From positions 121,817,686 through 121,881,685 of the forward strand of contig NC_068985.1 in assembly GCF_001194135.2 (NCBI RefSeq): a stretch of 64,000 bases of DNA, read 5' to 3'. The notes under the pieces were generated by a model. The model was not told the DNA's origin. It searched no databases and was given only the letters and a program-made list of their open reading frames with translations. A program made the translations under genes and the position numbers. Below, one piece after another: positions 1 to 13,270 of the stretch; positions within the stretch are counted from its first letter, which is position 1; the number at the start of each line of letters is the position of its first letter. This DNA comes from Octopus bimaculoides (taxonomy: Eukaryota).

Positions 1-890
1 CTGCTGAGGACATGTGTAAGCTTGCAAGAAACAAAGTCAGTATGCTCCGATGGATATGTAATGTCAGTGTGCATACTCGATAGAGTGTAAGTACCTTGAG
101 AGACAAGTTAGACCTAAGAAGCATCAGTTGTGGTGTGCAAGAGAGAAGATTGCGCTGGTATGGTCATGTGGCAAGAATGGATGAGGATAGTTGTGTGAAA
201 AAGAGCCACACCCTAGCAGTTGAGGGAACCGTTGGAAGAGGAAGACCTGGGATGAGGTGGTGAAGCACGACTTTCGAACTTTAGGCCTCACTGAGGCAAT
301 GACTAGTGACCGGGACTTTTGGAAATCTGCAGTACATGAGAAGACCTGGCAAGCCACGTGAGAGCATAATCTGTGGCCTCTGCCAGAAGTGTAGTCAGCT
401 CACTTATTCGTATCTTTACTTCATTGGACACTAAACTCTGCTTGCGAAGACCTGTTGAGGCAAGTGAATTTGAAATCGAAATCAAACCAAATTTGACAAC
501 TGGCGCGAAGACCTGTTGGGGGCAAGTGAAATCAAAATCGTAATTGAACCATATTTGATGACTGACACCTGTGCCAGTGGAGCACTAACAGCACTATCCG
601 AGCATGATCATTGCCAGAGCAGCTGTCTGGCTTCCGTGCTAGTGACCCGTAAATAGCACCATTTGAGCATGATCGTTACCAGCATTGCCTTACTGGCACT
701 TGTGCCGGTGGCATGTAAAAGCACCCACTACACTCTCGGAGTGGTTGGTGTTAGGAAGGGCATCCAGCTGTAGAAACTCTGCCAGATCAGATTGGAGCCT
801 AGTGCAGCCATCCGGTTCACCCGTCTTCAGTCAAATCGTCCAATCCATGCTAGCATGGAAAGCAGATGTTAAACGATGATGATGATGATA
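1..890 (+). mobile_element. RTE-clade LINE 3' end (RT C-terminus, 3'UTR, (GAT)n tail)
   Basis: Translates ...MLRWICNVSVH...RRLRWYGHVARMDEDSCVKK...GRGRP with stops. The 3'UTR has internal ~60-70 bp duplications and ends aacgatgatgatgatgat. Confidence 0.9.
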
Positions 891-1262
891 TTTTATTCAA
901 CTCTGCTTTATGCAATGTTATTTCATTCTGGCTTGATCAAGCTTTATGTAGATCAGCATACATACTGTATGCTGTTTTAATAAGATAAATTTTGTTCTTA
1001 TCATGCTGTGAATGACAGATTTGGTTGTTGTAGCTGATAAAGTGAAAAGAAGCAGAAATGCCTGCATCCTAAGATTCAAAGATGTCACTCACAGCCCAGG
1101 ATGTGTTTTCACATGTCTAGGAGATGAATTTTGTCCCAGGACTAGTTCCACAACAAAGGTTCTTATGCAAATTCATTTGAATATGTCAAATATGACTTTA
1201 CACGTGCGCGCGTGTGTGCATGCCCATGCATGCGTGTGCAAATGTGTGTTGATGTACGTATA

Positions 1263-1630
1263 TTCTTTTATTTGTTTCAGTCATTTGACTGTGGCCATGC
1301 TGGAGCACCGTTTTTAGTTGAGCAAATTGACCCCAGGACTTATTCTTTGTAAGCCTAATACTTATTCTATCACTCTCTTGCTGAACCGCTAAGTGACAGG
1401 GACATAAGCACACCAGCATCGGTTGTCAATCGATGTTGCGGGGACAAACACTGACACACAAACACACAGAGACACATATGACAGTTTCTGTCTACCAAAT
1501 CCACTCACAAGGCTTTGGTCAGCCCAACGCTATAGTAGAAGACACTTGCCCAAGGTGCCACGCAGTGGGACTGAACCCAGAAACATGTGGTTGGTAAGTA
1601 AGCTACTTACCACACAGCCACTCCTGCGCC
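1263..1630 (-). mobile_element. tRNA-derived SINE, full-length (abundant family A)
   Basis: Reverse complement starts ggcgcaggagtggctgtgtggtaag...gggttcagtcccactgcg (A/B-box-like). Near-identical copies occur at 53635-54058, 28570-28930, 29300-29655 and 63606-63950. Confidence 0.85.
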
Positions 1631-1634
1631 TATA

Positions 1635-1675
<41 letters not shown>

Positions 1676-2599
1676 TGCATAGACACCATTGCACGAAATG
1701 CTTGCCTCTTGAATCACTAACTTTTGTTGATTAAATAAATGTATGTGTATGCATATGATATATATTTATATATATGTAAATATGTGTATATATATATATA
1801 TTTGTATAATGTCTATTATACATACATACATACATATATGAATATGCTTATTGTATATATAGCATATGCATGTTTGTGCATATATGTAAGCTGTCAGTTT
1901 CTACAACTTTTATTTTTGCTCCTGGAACTGCATAACATTTAACTGATGAGTCAACCCAACCATAGATGTACATCTGATATGTATTAGTAGATATATAGGT
2001 TGTCTGCTAGCCTTGTGTTCTTCACTGCAAAGTTTACAATAAATTGTCTACTCATATATTGGAGCAGGGAGCAGCTGCATGGCTGCTTGACCTGCTAGAA
2101 ATAGCAGGGAAATTATGCTAAATCATTCTCTACCAATGGATATATTTGCATAACACCATTTGGTGTACACTGTCTGAAAGTCAGAGAGATATCAGGTAAT
2201 AATATACAAGAGTGTATGCATGTGTATGTATTTGTATGTTCATAAATATATATGTGTGTGTGTGTGTACACATATATATCTATATATGTATTTACATACA
2301 CACACACACGTGTATACTCACACACACTTATGGTGGGATGGATTTCCAAGCATCTTCTTGCTACCAATTCTACTAATAAGGTTTTGATTGGCCTGCAGCT
2401 TTTATAGAGATGCCACACAGCAGGACTGAACCTGAAACCACATGGATGGGAAGCAAATTACATAACCACACATCTATAGCACTTTTCAAAAGAGAATTCT
2501 TATATATGATAACCAATATACATTTTCATAAGCACATTAATTACTTTCAAAATTAACTTATTTTTGATATCAAAGATTTATAGAATTGTAAAAACGAGG

Positions 2600-2832
2600 A
2601 CGGCGAGCTGGCAGAGTGGTTAGCACACCGGGTGAAATGCTTAGCGGTATTTTGTCTGTCTTTACGTTCTGAGTTCAAATTCCGCTGAGGTCGACTTTGC
2701 CTTTCATCCTTTTGGGGTCAATAAATTAAGTACCAGTTACGCACTGAGGTTGATGTAATCTACTTAATGCCTTTGTCTGTCTTTGTTTGTCCCCTCTATG
2801 TTTAGCCCCTTGTGGGCAATAAAGGAATAAGA
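2600..2832 (+). mobile_element. tRNA-derived SINE (family B)
   Basis: ggcgagctggcagag...gttctgagttcaaattcc...aattaagtaccagtt; a second good copy is at 16173-16390 and many fragments occur elsewhere. Confidence 0.8.
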
Positions 2833-3289
2833 ATTGTAAAAACATTTTTATTTTCTCCATTAAAACTAAAAATTATAGGAAGACTAGTGCACATACATCA
2901 TCATTGTTTTAATGTCCACTTCTCCATGCTTTCATGGGTCAGATGGAATTTATTTAGGCAGATTTTCTACAGCATGATACCCTCACTGTTGCCAAAACAT
3001 CACCTGTTTCCAAGTAAGGTAATGTTCCCCATGGCCACACCAAGTTCCATACTCTATTTTGGTTTGATTTCTGCAGCTGGATGCCTTTCCTAATGCCAAC
3101 CACTTTACAGAGGGTACTGGGTGCTTTTTATATGGCACCAACACCTACTCCAATGCTTTTTATGTGGCACTTTGTCTTTATGATCTCAATTCTTTTGTGT
3201 TGGGCTGGTCTTCTTGAGTGCAGTAATGTGTCACATATCTCTTGTTTATCAATAATCATTCTGTCTGATCAAAAAAAATTAGATCCTGC

Positions 3290-3829
3290 AGGTTTACTTG
3301 AGGTTTGTATAGGATTATTTGATGTATGTGATTATATTGGCTTATACATACTAAATGTTCTAAAAATGAACTTCACTTCATTAAATTTAAGATTATACAG
3401 AGATGGTTGGCTAGCTATTTATCATCATGTCAACAGGTATACATATGATACCTTTAAGAAAATTTTATTGGCATATTCAAGAATTTTGGTCTAAAGAGAA
3501 CTATAAAATAATACAGCATTAGCAGCCCAGGTGTCAGTCATAACTTACACAAACAAAGAAATATAAACCATAAAGTAAACCAAATGAGAAATTTATGCAT
3601 ATTAACAAAAGTTCCTGTCATTTACCAATAGCCTTTAAAAATATAGTTAGCAGAAGAGTCCTCAGCCTCTTTTCAAATGAAGAAATCTTTCGTAAGGAAA
3701 CCTTATATTTTAACAGTGCTCTTGAAAACAGTAGTTTTAAAAACTAATTACTTCCTCACTCTACTACCATATTACACTAAGAATAGATCCTCTAATATTG
3801 TGTTATCCACACCCCTTTTTCCTTTAAGC
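3290..3829 (+). mobile_element. Penelope-like element, degenerate reverse transcriptase fragment
   Basis: Motifs VCDYIGLYILNVL, LRLYRDGWLA, KYKP*SKPNEKFMHINKSSCHLP, SNEEIFRKE..YFNSALENSSFK and KNRSSNIVLSTPLF correspond to PLE RT motifs (VCELVGLYIL, GLYRDDGL, YKPYxKPN, RNIIWFNPPFS). Confidence 0.8.
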
Positions 3830-4985
3830 GTACCCGGTGCAAGCTATGGACACATAAGAGGTGCAGCAACATCAAAGGCAGGTTAACTAGGAAGTTAGTT
3901 TTTGTTTGTGGCAGATGTCCAGGTGCAATAAAGACTGTAAACAAACAGGAAACAACTTCTATCTCATTCTAGGGTGAAAAACTAGAGGTAGTCGATAGCT
4001 TCCGCTATCTGGGTGACCAAGTTAGTAGTGGGGGTGGGTGCGCTGAAAGTGTAGCTGCTAGAATAAGAATAGCCTGGGCAAAGTTTAGAGAGCTCTTACC
4101 CCTGCTGGTGACAAAGGGACTCTCACTCAGAGTAAAAGGCAGACTGTATGACGCATGCGTACGAACAGCCATGCTACATGGCAGTGAAACATGGGCTGTA
4201 ACTGCTGAGNNNNNNNNNNNNNNNNNNNNNNNNNNNNNNNNNNNNNNNNNNNNNNNNNNNNNNNNNNNNNNNNNNNNNNNNNNNNNNNNNNNNNNNNNNN
4301 NNNNNNNNNNNNNNNNNNNNNNNNNNNNNNNNNNNNNNNNNNNNNNNNNNNNNNNNNNNNNNNNNNNNNNNNNNNNNNNNNNNNNNNNNNNNNNNNNNNN
4401 NNNNNNNNNNNNNNNNNNNNNNNNNNNNNNNNNNNNNNNNNNNNNNNNNNNNNNNNNNNNNNNNNNNNNNNNNNNNNNNNNNNNNNNNNNNNNNNNNNNN
4501 NNNNNNNNNNNNNNNNNNNNNNNNNNNNNNNNNNNNNNNNNNNNNNNNNNNNNNNNNNNNNNNNNNNNNNNNNNNNNNNNNNNNNNNNNNNNNNNNNNNN
4601 NNNNNNNNNNNNNNNNNNNNNNNNNNNNNNNNNNNNNNNNNNNNNNNNNNNNNNNNNNNNNNNNNNNNNNNNNNNNNNNNNNNNNNNNNNNNNNNNNNNN
4701 NNNNNNNNNNNNNNNNNNNNNNNNNNNNNNNNNNNNNNNNNNNNNNNNNNNNNNNNNNNNNNNNNNNNNNNNNNNNNNNNNNNNNNNNNNNNNNNNNNNN
4801 NNNNNGACACGTAAAAGCACCCACTCCACTCTCTGAGTGGTTGGCGTTAGGAAGGGCATCCAGCTGTAGAAACTCTGCCAAATTAGATTGGAGCCTGGTG
4901 TTGCCATCCGGTTTCACCAGTCCTCAGTCAAATCGTCCAACCCATGCTAGCATGGAAAGCGGACGTTAAACGATGATGATGATGA
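3830..4985 (+). mobile_element. 5'-truncated RTE LINE inserted into the Penelope-like element (middle part in N-gap)
   Basis: CKLWTHKRCSNIKGRL...CGRCPG, VDSFRYLGDQVSSGGG, GRLYDACVRTAMLHGSETWAV; the same 3' tail as 1-890, ending in (GAT)n. Confidence 0.9.
4210..4805. other. Assembly gap (N); other gaps at 34976-35075, 39549-39938, 49842-49894 and 51190-51481
   Basis: Runs of N; long poly-X ORFs in the track are artefacts. Confidence 1.
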
Positions 4986-5530
4986 TTTCTTAGTCCCAAT
5001 AAACATTTTCCAATTGATCATCATTACAGGAAAGTCTTTAAAAGGAACTTCATAAAAGTTAGTTGCAAACAGTATAATGCATGAGTCAAGAATACCACTC
5101 CACTCAAGGAAAACTGATCCTATAGAAAACTAATGCTTGCTCTCTCAATCAGTCATGCAATGCCAAAACTATAATATATGAAGCAGAAATTGTTTCTGCA
5201 AATTTTAATTGAATGACAGTGCAAAAGTACAACATAGAAATGACAGGATAAATTTAATCAATGACATTTTAATCATATGTCATCCTTCAGCATGATCAAA
5301 AGAGGAACAAAATCTTTGTCAAGCCGCTTTTGAGCTTACATAACACTGATTTCAATATTAAGTGGAAGATTCTATAGGAAACAGATTCCGTATAAATTTG
5401 CACATATGAGATCTTTATATTGAAAAAACACACGCAGAGAAAATTTGTAAATTACCTAAATACAAGATCAGAATTTTTGTTGAAGTATCACCTATTTGAC
5501 AAATTGATGCTTAACTGCATGAGAATGGAT
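4986..5530 (+). mobile_element. Penelope-like element, continuation (RT C-terminus plus decayed GIY-YIG endonuclease)
   Basis: NKHFPIDHHYRKVFKRNFIKVS, IIYEAEIVS, FNIKWKIL and LNTRSEFLLK are recognisable PLE C-terminal motifs, with stops and frameshifts. Confidence 0.75.
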
Positions 5531-8515
5531 AAAACTTAGTACTTAAGTTTCTTAATCCTTAGTTGGATAACCTTGTTACCTGGTCAGTTGTGCTAACTAC
5601 AACATCTGATACCATGGTTTGCATGGCTATATGGTTAACAACAGACATGAGGTTTGATTCCTTAAGTGATATTACAACATTTTTCTGTTTTTTGTATTGT
5701 GTGTGTGAGCATGTGTATGACTGTATAATAAAATTATACTGGATTTTGGCACATTGTCAATTTGTTAAACAATCCAGGTTGGACTTCTTGAATTTGGAAG
5801 TAAATAATCCTATATTTCTGATGGTCTGGTATATTTCTGTTCAATGATAACATAGTGTTCTACACATTTTAATCTCAACAAAGTTGTTTATTGAAAATAT
5901 GTTTAAAATATAAGTATTGTATCTGGTTTAAATAATTTATTTCTAAGAAAAATCACAACCCTTCTATACACTAGTGTCCTCCCCCATAGCAGTTCCATGA
6001 TATTTGTTGTTTCCTTATGAGCACACAATGCACATCCATGCCAAACATCATTGTCACCCATGTTAAGAACTACTGTAGTAGACCTATGATCAAAGTTGTT
6101 CCAGCTATGAACATCCGAGATTTTTATATATTATTCAATATGTCCAATTTTTTTAAGACGGTAGAATGTGGCATGAGAGAAATTTGGCAGCTATTTCTAG
6201 CATTTTAGCAATTACATAGTAGTATCTTTGTTGGCTTATGTGAGTGATGTGTGCTGTGATGAACCTTTTTTTTTTTGTTTTGACATTTTTCTTTTACTGT
6301 GTGCAATTTGTTGGCTAAGTGCTATCATACTTTATAGTACAGTGACCCTGATACAATATTTTAATTGTAAGATATTTTTACTTTGTTAATAGTGACTAGA
6401 AACAACTGATATATAATTAAAATAACAGTTTAAATCATTGTTTCTTGTAAGGACAAGGATGCTGAAAGGATTGAAAAATTGGTGAGGGGTATAAATGACC
6501 ATGTGTAAATAAATGTCAAAGTGATTTTAAAACTTCTTTTAATTTGTCCAACACCATGATGAAAAACGAAGAGTTATATACATGCAAAACCTTGTCTTCT
6601 CTTGAGTAGGGAAGGGTTCAGTAAATAACTTCCACTTTTTTTTTTTTGTGGTGGGATGCTAGTACTTCTCAGTTTGAAAACCACCAATTTAAATGATTTT
6701 TTCTTATTCATGATGGTGATGGTACAGTAGCAGCAGTGATGATGATGATGTCATGGATATTAATTAATTTCGCTTCCATTATCCATTTGTTTTGACAAGT
6801 TCTGGAAAATTGTTACTATTTTGTCATCAGATGTCATTATTTTTAGTGTATGATATGTTATAGTTTGTAAATATTTGTATAACATTTAATGGATGTAACT
6901 ACCAAGATGGGACAGGTGGGTTGGGAACTATTGGTGTTGATGTTATTGCCAGATCTGATCAAACAGATCTGATCAAACAATTAATGTCATTCCAGTTGTG
7001 GCCATCCTTCACTTGCTGTTTGTTTTCATACATAGTATATATATATAGAACAGCAAGTCTTAGCCCTGGGGAAAAACCCAACTCCTTTCCTTTCGGAAAA
7101 TTCAGGAGAGAAAATTATTTTTTAAGGCCCAAAACTTCCTTTACATTATTCACACTACTTTTTTTTTACCAGATTTGATTTTTAAGGACGTTAATGTTAA
7201 ATTGTGCTATTTACAAGACTACTTTTTTCCCTATTATATGTGGAGAGAGGTCAAGATAAACTGGTGAAGTTAGGGGATGGAATGCAGAAAAATGGTTAAG
7301 AAACCCTTATCTAGAACAACATTATCCAATAAGTATTCCTCTTTTTTTTAAATTTAAAAAATTTTTTTTTTTTTTTTATAATGGTTAAGCATAATTTGAA
7401 GGAGATTTGTATGTTGTCTCTAGGAACAATAAGGAACAATATAGAGGCTGCCTATGTGAATACTATCTTTTTATAAGGACTTGATACAAAAAAAATGAAA
7501 TTTGTCTATTAACCCCACTCTCATTGGGTACATACACCCTAAGTGATAATATTTTTCTTTATATTTTCCTCTCAATCAAAAGGCAAGGCTCAACCATGAC
7601 AGTTGAATTTTGTCTCCTATTATAATCCCAATCTCGTTTTAAGATGCGTTATAGTAATATAAATCTACCTCAGTACTTGACTGGTACTTTATTTTATTGA
7701 CCTTGGAAGGATGGAAGGCAAAGTTAACTTCAAAAGTATTTGAACTCAGGATGTAAAAGTCTGGAACTAAATACTAGAGGGCAATTTTTATTTTAAAAAG
7801 TAACATTTTATGATTTGGTCAGAGGAGGAAGGGCACTATGATTGTTTTCATAGTTTTGTAACTATTAGAGGGAGGGAGTAAGTTATCCACAGGTTGCAGA
7901 TCTGGCTGAAATACATGCAACAGAATGGACTATACTAAAAGTACACAAGGGTCATGTGGAGATGCTGAACAAAGTGACAAATTAAGTCTACCACAAGAAT
8001 AGGAACAGTTGTTACTCTGATGTATTTCTGCTTAATTTTCATCTCCCAGATTCCATTCACAAAGTATCAACCAACTCAAGACTGTAGTACAAGACACTTG
8101 TCCAATGTATTGCACCATTGACTAAAACTTAGATCATGTAGTTGTAAAGCTAACTTCTTAACTCCAAAGCCATACCTGCATCCATATGCTCCAATGCTCT
8201 AGTAATTCTGCCAAGAACCCTATTATTGCACTCTATGCAGGAAATACTTGGTTTGTTGTTATTCTTGAATTTTTTTCACCCTTATCTATTTATATTTCTT
8301 TAAAATTTTTCTTTGCAGTTTCCAAGATAATATAACATCATTGATTATAGATTTCCAATCAAACAATCACTTGGTCACTATTTTTAGGATAGCTAGAGGG
8401 ATAATAATAATAATAATCATAATCATACAAAAAGAGACCCTGTGCCACCTCTGACAGCAGGCTGCTGTCTGCTCTCACAGAATCGACCAGCATTCTGAGA
8501 AGTAAAACAATAATA

Positions 8516-8790
8516 ATGATGGTGAAGCTAGTGACAATTATTGTTGGATCCTTGGGGACAGTATTAGAAGGCATCAAAAGGAATATAAAGGAAATCAGAA
8601 TAGAATGCCCAGTAGAACCATTACAAAAGGTTTTCATCCTTGGCATGGCTAGAATAATCAAGAAAGTATTAGATAGTTAGAAAGAACAAATAGCATGGTA
8701 TCATAGGCTGCAGGTAGCAAGCCTACTATGCATGCAAGACTCCAGGAGTACCAACAAAACCTGAGATAAAAAGAAATAATAATGATAATA
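8516..8790 (+). mobile_element. 3' end of a restriction-like-endonuclease LINE (R4/Dong-like)
   Basis: 8531-8680 reads VTIIVGSLGTVLEGIKRNIKEIRIECPVEPLQKVFILGMARIIKKVLDS* (cf. IVIGALGT...LQK..LLGTARILRKVL), followed by an (AAT)n tail. Confidence 0.75.
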
Positions 8791-9454
8791 ACATGTTTTT
8801 AATTTAGAGAAAACGTCAGCAATTTTGAGGGAAAGGGATTAGTTGAACCATCAACTCCAATACTTGGCTGGTTTATAATTTTATTGATCCTGGAATGATG
8901 AAAAGCAAAGTTAACCTTAGCAGGATTGGAATTCAGAATGTGAAAAAAGTTGGAACAAGTACTGCAAGTAGACTTATAGTGCAATTGAACCAGAGATCAC
9001 ATGGTAACAAAATAAACTCTGTATCTACATGGTCATGCCTTCTCCTGTAATGTACAATGAATGTAAAAAAAAAAAAGAAAATGACAAGTTGGTCATAGCT
9101 GGAATGCTTTTGATTGTATAGTTTTTCATTCAGAGATCACCCAGGTTTAATCAACAACAACAGCCCCACTTGCTTAAGTTCACCACTTAAAACATTTTGG
9201 TAATGTCACAAAGTGCATTAATACTTGTAGTTACTATTATGTAAATCTATAATCAGAGTATGGATTCTGTGAGTTCTTGGGCAAATGTCCATAAATATTC
9301 TCTATTTTTCACTGACTCTTGTCTTAGATGTTCACATCTGGTTGGCAGCTGACTTCTTGTCTAACAGTGCATGTTTTATGTTTTATGTTTTGAAGTAATT
9401 TGTCAGGCCTGGTAGTGTGTTCTTGCATTTAGTTGAAGTGATTGGAATGTTGCA

Positions 9455-9833
9455 CTTGTATGTATGTGTGGTGTGTGTGTGTGTGTATGCTTGTGTGTGT
9501 TGTTGAAATGTGTTACTGGATTACATTATTCTGCACTACTAGTACTCTAGACAGTTTTAAACATATTTGTGTGTAAGCGTGTGTTTATGTGTATGCATGC
9601 CAATCTGTGTGTATGTGTATCTGAGCATGTGTGTTTGTGTGCATATATGTATGTGTAGGTATCTATGTATACAAGAGTTGTCTACACATGTGTGTATGCA
9701 TGTATACATGTCTGTGCTTGTATGTACATGCTTGCATTTATGTGTATATATATGTGTGTGTGTGTGTTCATATATGTATGAATCTATAAGTGTATGTGTT
9801 CTCATGAATGTATGTTCCCTCATGTATATATGC

Positions 9834-9877
<44 letters not shown>

Positions 9878-9960
9878 CTTTGTATGTATGTATATGTTTG
9901 CATGTATTGTGTACATGTGTGCATACATACATGTGTGCATACATACATGTGTGTGTGTAT
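9455..9960. repeat. Compound (TG)/(TA)/(TATG) microsatellite field
   Basis: Seen directly; it explains the spurious C/V/Y/M- and H/T/Y/I-rich ORFs. Confidence 0.9.
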
Positions 9961-10086
9961 AGCTAAATTTTCCAATCCTTTTATTCTTTGTCTAAAGTAT
10001 AAGAATGTCATAGAAACTGAACTACTAATATATTTGATACAAAGAACATTTAAAAAGAACCAATATTATTTTCATCATTTCAATAT

Positions 10087-10375
10087 AGGTGCAGGCATGG
10101 CTCTGTGGATAAGAAGCTTGCTTTGTAACCATGTGGTTTTGGGTTCAGTCCCAATGTGCAGTACCTTGGCCAAGTATCTTCTGCTATAACACCAGGTCTA
10201 CCACCACTTTGTGAATGAATTTGGTAGATGGAAACTGAAAAAATCCCATTGTGTAGATGTGTGTTTGTGTCCCCCCAACCACCACCACCACAACCACTAC
10301 TTGACTACTGGTGTTGACATGTTTACAACTCCATAACTTTGTGGCTCATCAAAAGTGACTGATAGAATATGTTCA
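10087..10375 (+). mobile_element. SINE family A, diverged copy
   Basis: ggtgcaggcatggctctgtggataagaagcttgc...gggttcagtccc...ggaaactgaaaaaatccc. Confidence 0.75.
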
Positions 10376-11160
10376 ACTGAGATGGGAGGGGAGTAGTATT
10401 GCAGAGTGTGACTTTGTGCCAGATGAGAGGCTAGAGTATGAGTAGAGGGACAGAAATTTGTGTCTTGCAGTAAAGGAAATACAGAGATACTTCAGTAGGA
10501 GAGAGAAAGGGGAGGGAAAATGGTGAAGATGTGATGGAAGGAGGGGTACAGTCAAATTACAGGCTGGTGTAACTTGATTAAAATCATCTGCTTTTCTTGT
10601 TTTACATTTACTTTTCTTTTGTTTTACAGTTACTTCCCAAAGCATAGGAAGGAGTGCATGTAAAATGCTGTTCGGTGAAAGGGTTGAGAACCTTTATTTG
10701 GAAGTATCATATAGTCATGCTAATGCATGTACACACACACATACACACACACACAAGCATCTAAAGATATATTGTCTCTTCTGGATTGATAAAAGTTTAT
10801 GGACACTAACATCAATGTTTATACATTGATATGCCAACTTAAGGAAATAGACATACATAAAATACACATCTATGCATAACTGTTATATAAACATTTTATA
10901 ATATACTCACACATATATAGAATCATAGCCATATTTGCACACATACCTCTGTCATATACACACAATTGTAATCACATAAACTTACATTTATACTCAGTCA
11001 CAAAGGAACGCATGTATACACATGTAGATAAAAATCAACATAGGCACCCATAAATAATTCATGTTGAAACATGTGCACATATTCCCATTACATCGCAATA
11101 CACATACCCAAACTTACCCACATGCGTGTACCATTCTTTTATTGGTTGGGTCAACAAAAA

Positions 11161-11475
11161 GTGCACTCTATCCAGTGAGAGATATGTGTTATTTAATACA
11201 CATAGGATTTAAGTGCAAGCTATAATACAATAGCTGAATGAGCTTGTATAGCAAGGTCTGGACTTATTTGTATTTTTTACCTTTTTGAGCTTGAATGATT
11301 GCGTGATGGTACACTGCTGCAGTGTACCATCACGCAATCATTCAAGCTCAAAAAGGTAAAAAATACAAATAAGTCCAGACCTTGCTATACAAGCTCATTC
11401 AGCTATTGTATTATAGCTTGCACTTAAATCCTATGTGTATTAAATAACACATATCTCTCACTGGATAGAGTGCAC
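11161..11475. repeat. Perfect 315-bp palindrome (157-bp arms, 1-nt spacer at 11318)
   Basis: gtgcactctatccagtg...gatggtacactgc-t-gcagtgtaccatc...cactggatagagtgcac; no mismatches found by eye. Confidence 0.95.
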
Positions 11476-13081
11476 ACACTGCATGCTATACAAGCTTGTC
11501 TGATAACTGAGTTATCATGACACTTATAGTACCTCACATTTTAGTCCTATGTATATTAGATTATATATAAGTGTGTGTGTGTGTGTGTGTATTTACTTAC
11601 CTCCTAACACTTGCATACCAAAGCTTACATATAGAGGTATATGTTTTGTCCAGTGAGCAGAAATTTTTTCCTCAAATGACAAATATTTTCATATTTCATC
11701 ATAAAAATCTTGTTTTATGCCACAATGTTTAACTGCAATGTGAAGTGAATAGCTAGAATGAATTGATAGTTATTACAAGGAATGCGTGCCAAGTTAAATC
11801 CAGAGACCAAATCTTCAGTTGTGTTTTAGTATTAATAATGTATGTGTTAGAGTGTAGAGATAGTTGTGCAGTTAAGAAATTCACTTCCTAACCTGTGGTT
11901 TTTGGGTTCAATATCACTACACTGCATCTTGAGTAAATGTTTTCTACTTATAGCCCTGGGTCAACCAAAGCCTTGTGAGTGATTTTGGGAAATGCCATTA
12001 GTAAAAGGTCAATTGTGTGTGTGTGTGTGTGCATACATAATTTAAAGGCATAAATACTGGAGGTCAGTTTAATGAACCATACCCCACACCTATCATTCAC
12101 CTTTGAAAAATACTCTAGCTGTTATTTTATCATTTAAAACCTCTCCACACATTGAAAGTTTTATGTTACCCTTTAACTCCCAGGTTAGGTCAGATTGAGC
12201 AGACCTGTGATTAAATGATCAACAATATTCCAGCCTGACCCTCCTATCTTTTTGGATACTCATAATTTTTTTAAGGTGGTAGAGTAGGATTTGAGGAGAT
12301 TTGGCTGCTGTTTCTAGTAGGTCTAAAGACCATGTAAAAATCTGAAACTATCTGCCAATAAACTCCCTAAGAATCCACATAAAAAGACAAAGAAAACAAA
12401 AAATGTTTTAAGCTTTAAAACTAAAACAGCAATTAGTGTTACTTATGAATTTATAAAATTAAAATTTCATTATTTTTCTCAGTACACACATGGTTCTACA
12501 GGTTCTTATGCACTTATAATTCACTCCAGGTCCCCCCCCCCCCAATGTAGAGTCCCCTTCATTGGTAAGGGGGAAAGATTTGTGAAAATACTGGCTATGT
12601 TGAAGGAGTGGTTAAAAAAGCACACGGGGAGTAGAAGTCTATGTGTACCCATCTAAATTACACTGAGATTGACACAGAAATAAAGAATTACATGATGGGA
12701 ATAAAACTGAGAGAGTCTGTGGTGTTTACACATCATCCAGGGGTTAAATTCATACCATGGGGTAAAGAATTTATAGTTGTGGAATAGATATATCATATGT
12801 AATTATATGTTGTTAATGCACTCTTCAAAGTTTGTTAAAATATATTTAAAACATCACATGTCTTTTTATTGAGTGGTGTCATGCATATATTATGTAACAT
12901 AAAGTAATGGCAGAGCAGAGCTTATGAGCGTGTGCCGAATTGTGTGAAGCTTGTTATATATACTATTATTTAGAGTATATTTTATCATGGAAGTAAGGGG
13001 ATAAATGGTGAAATACATCAAGCTGAGTGGGTTCATGACAGATAGAGGAAAGGTTGAGAGTCACTGATTTAGGCTAAATCT

Positions 13082-13262
13082 GTGGATAGTGATGTTGTTG
13101 ATGGTAGTGGCAGGATGGTGCTGATGAGTGATGATGGTGATGATAGTGATGGTGTGATAGTGGTGGTTATAGTGATGGCTGTGGTGATGGTGGTGGTGGT
13201 GTTGATGGTAGTGTTGGTGACGAGTGACGTGAGTGGTAACAGTACTTACAGAAGTAGTGACT
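13082..13262. repeat. Degenerate (GAT/GGT)n trinucleotide tract
   Basis: Seen directly; source of the poly-H and poly-V/M ORFs. Confidence 0.85.
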
Positions 13263-13270
13263 GTTGTGAT

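Noticed and set aside
1012-1190. Open frame DLVVVADKVKRSRNACILRF..
   Set aside because: No recognisable homology and weak splice signals.
1943-1965. Other CTGATGA words (1943, 15229, 22330, 58806) and CTGAAGA at 41892
   Set aside because: They lack a stem II + GAAA + stem I arrangement, so they are not hammerheads.
3289-3322. Apparent host exon GLLEVCIGLFD with cag/gtatgt boundaries
   Set aside because: Better explained as part of the Penelope-like RT relic.
4005-4917. Long ORFs (227-300 aa) in the track, also around 39.5, 49.8 and 51.2 kb
   Set aside because: They are read-through across N-gaps.
9557-10189. ORFs rich in C/V/Y/M or H/T/I, also at 1.4-2.4, 13.1, 17.8, 42.5 and 44.2 kb
   Set aside because: They are microsatellite translations.
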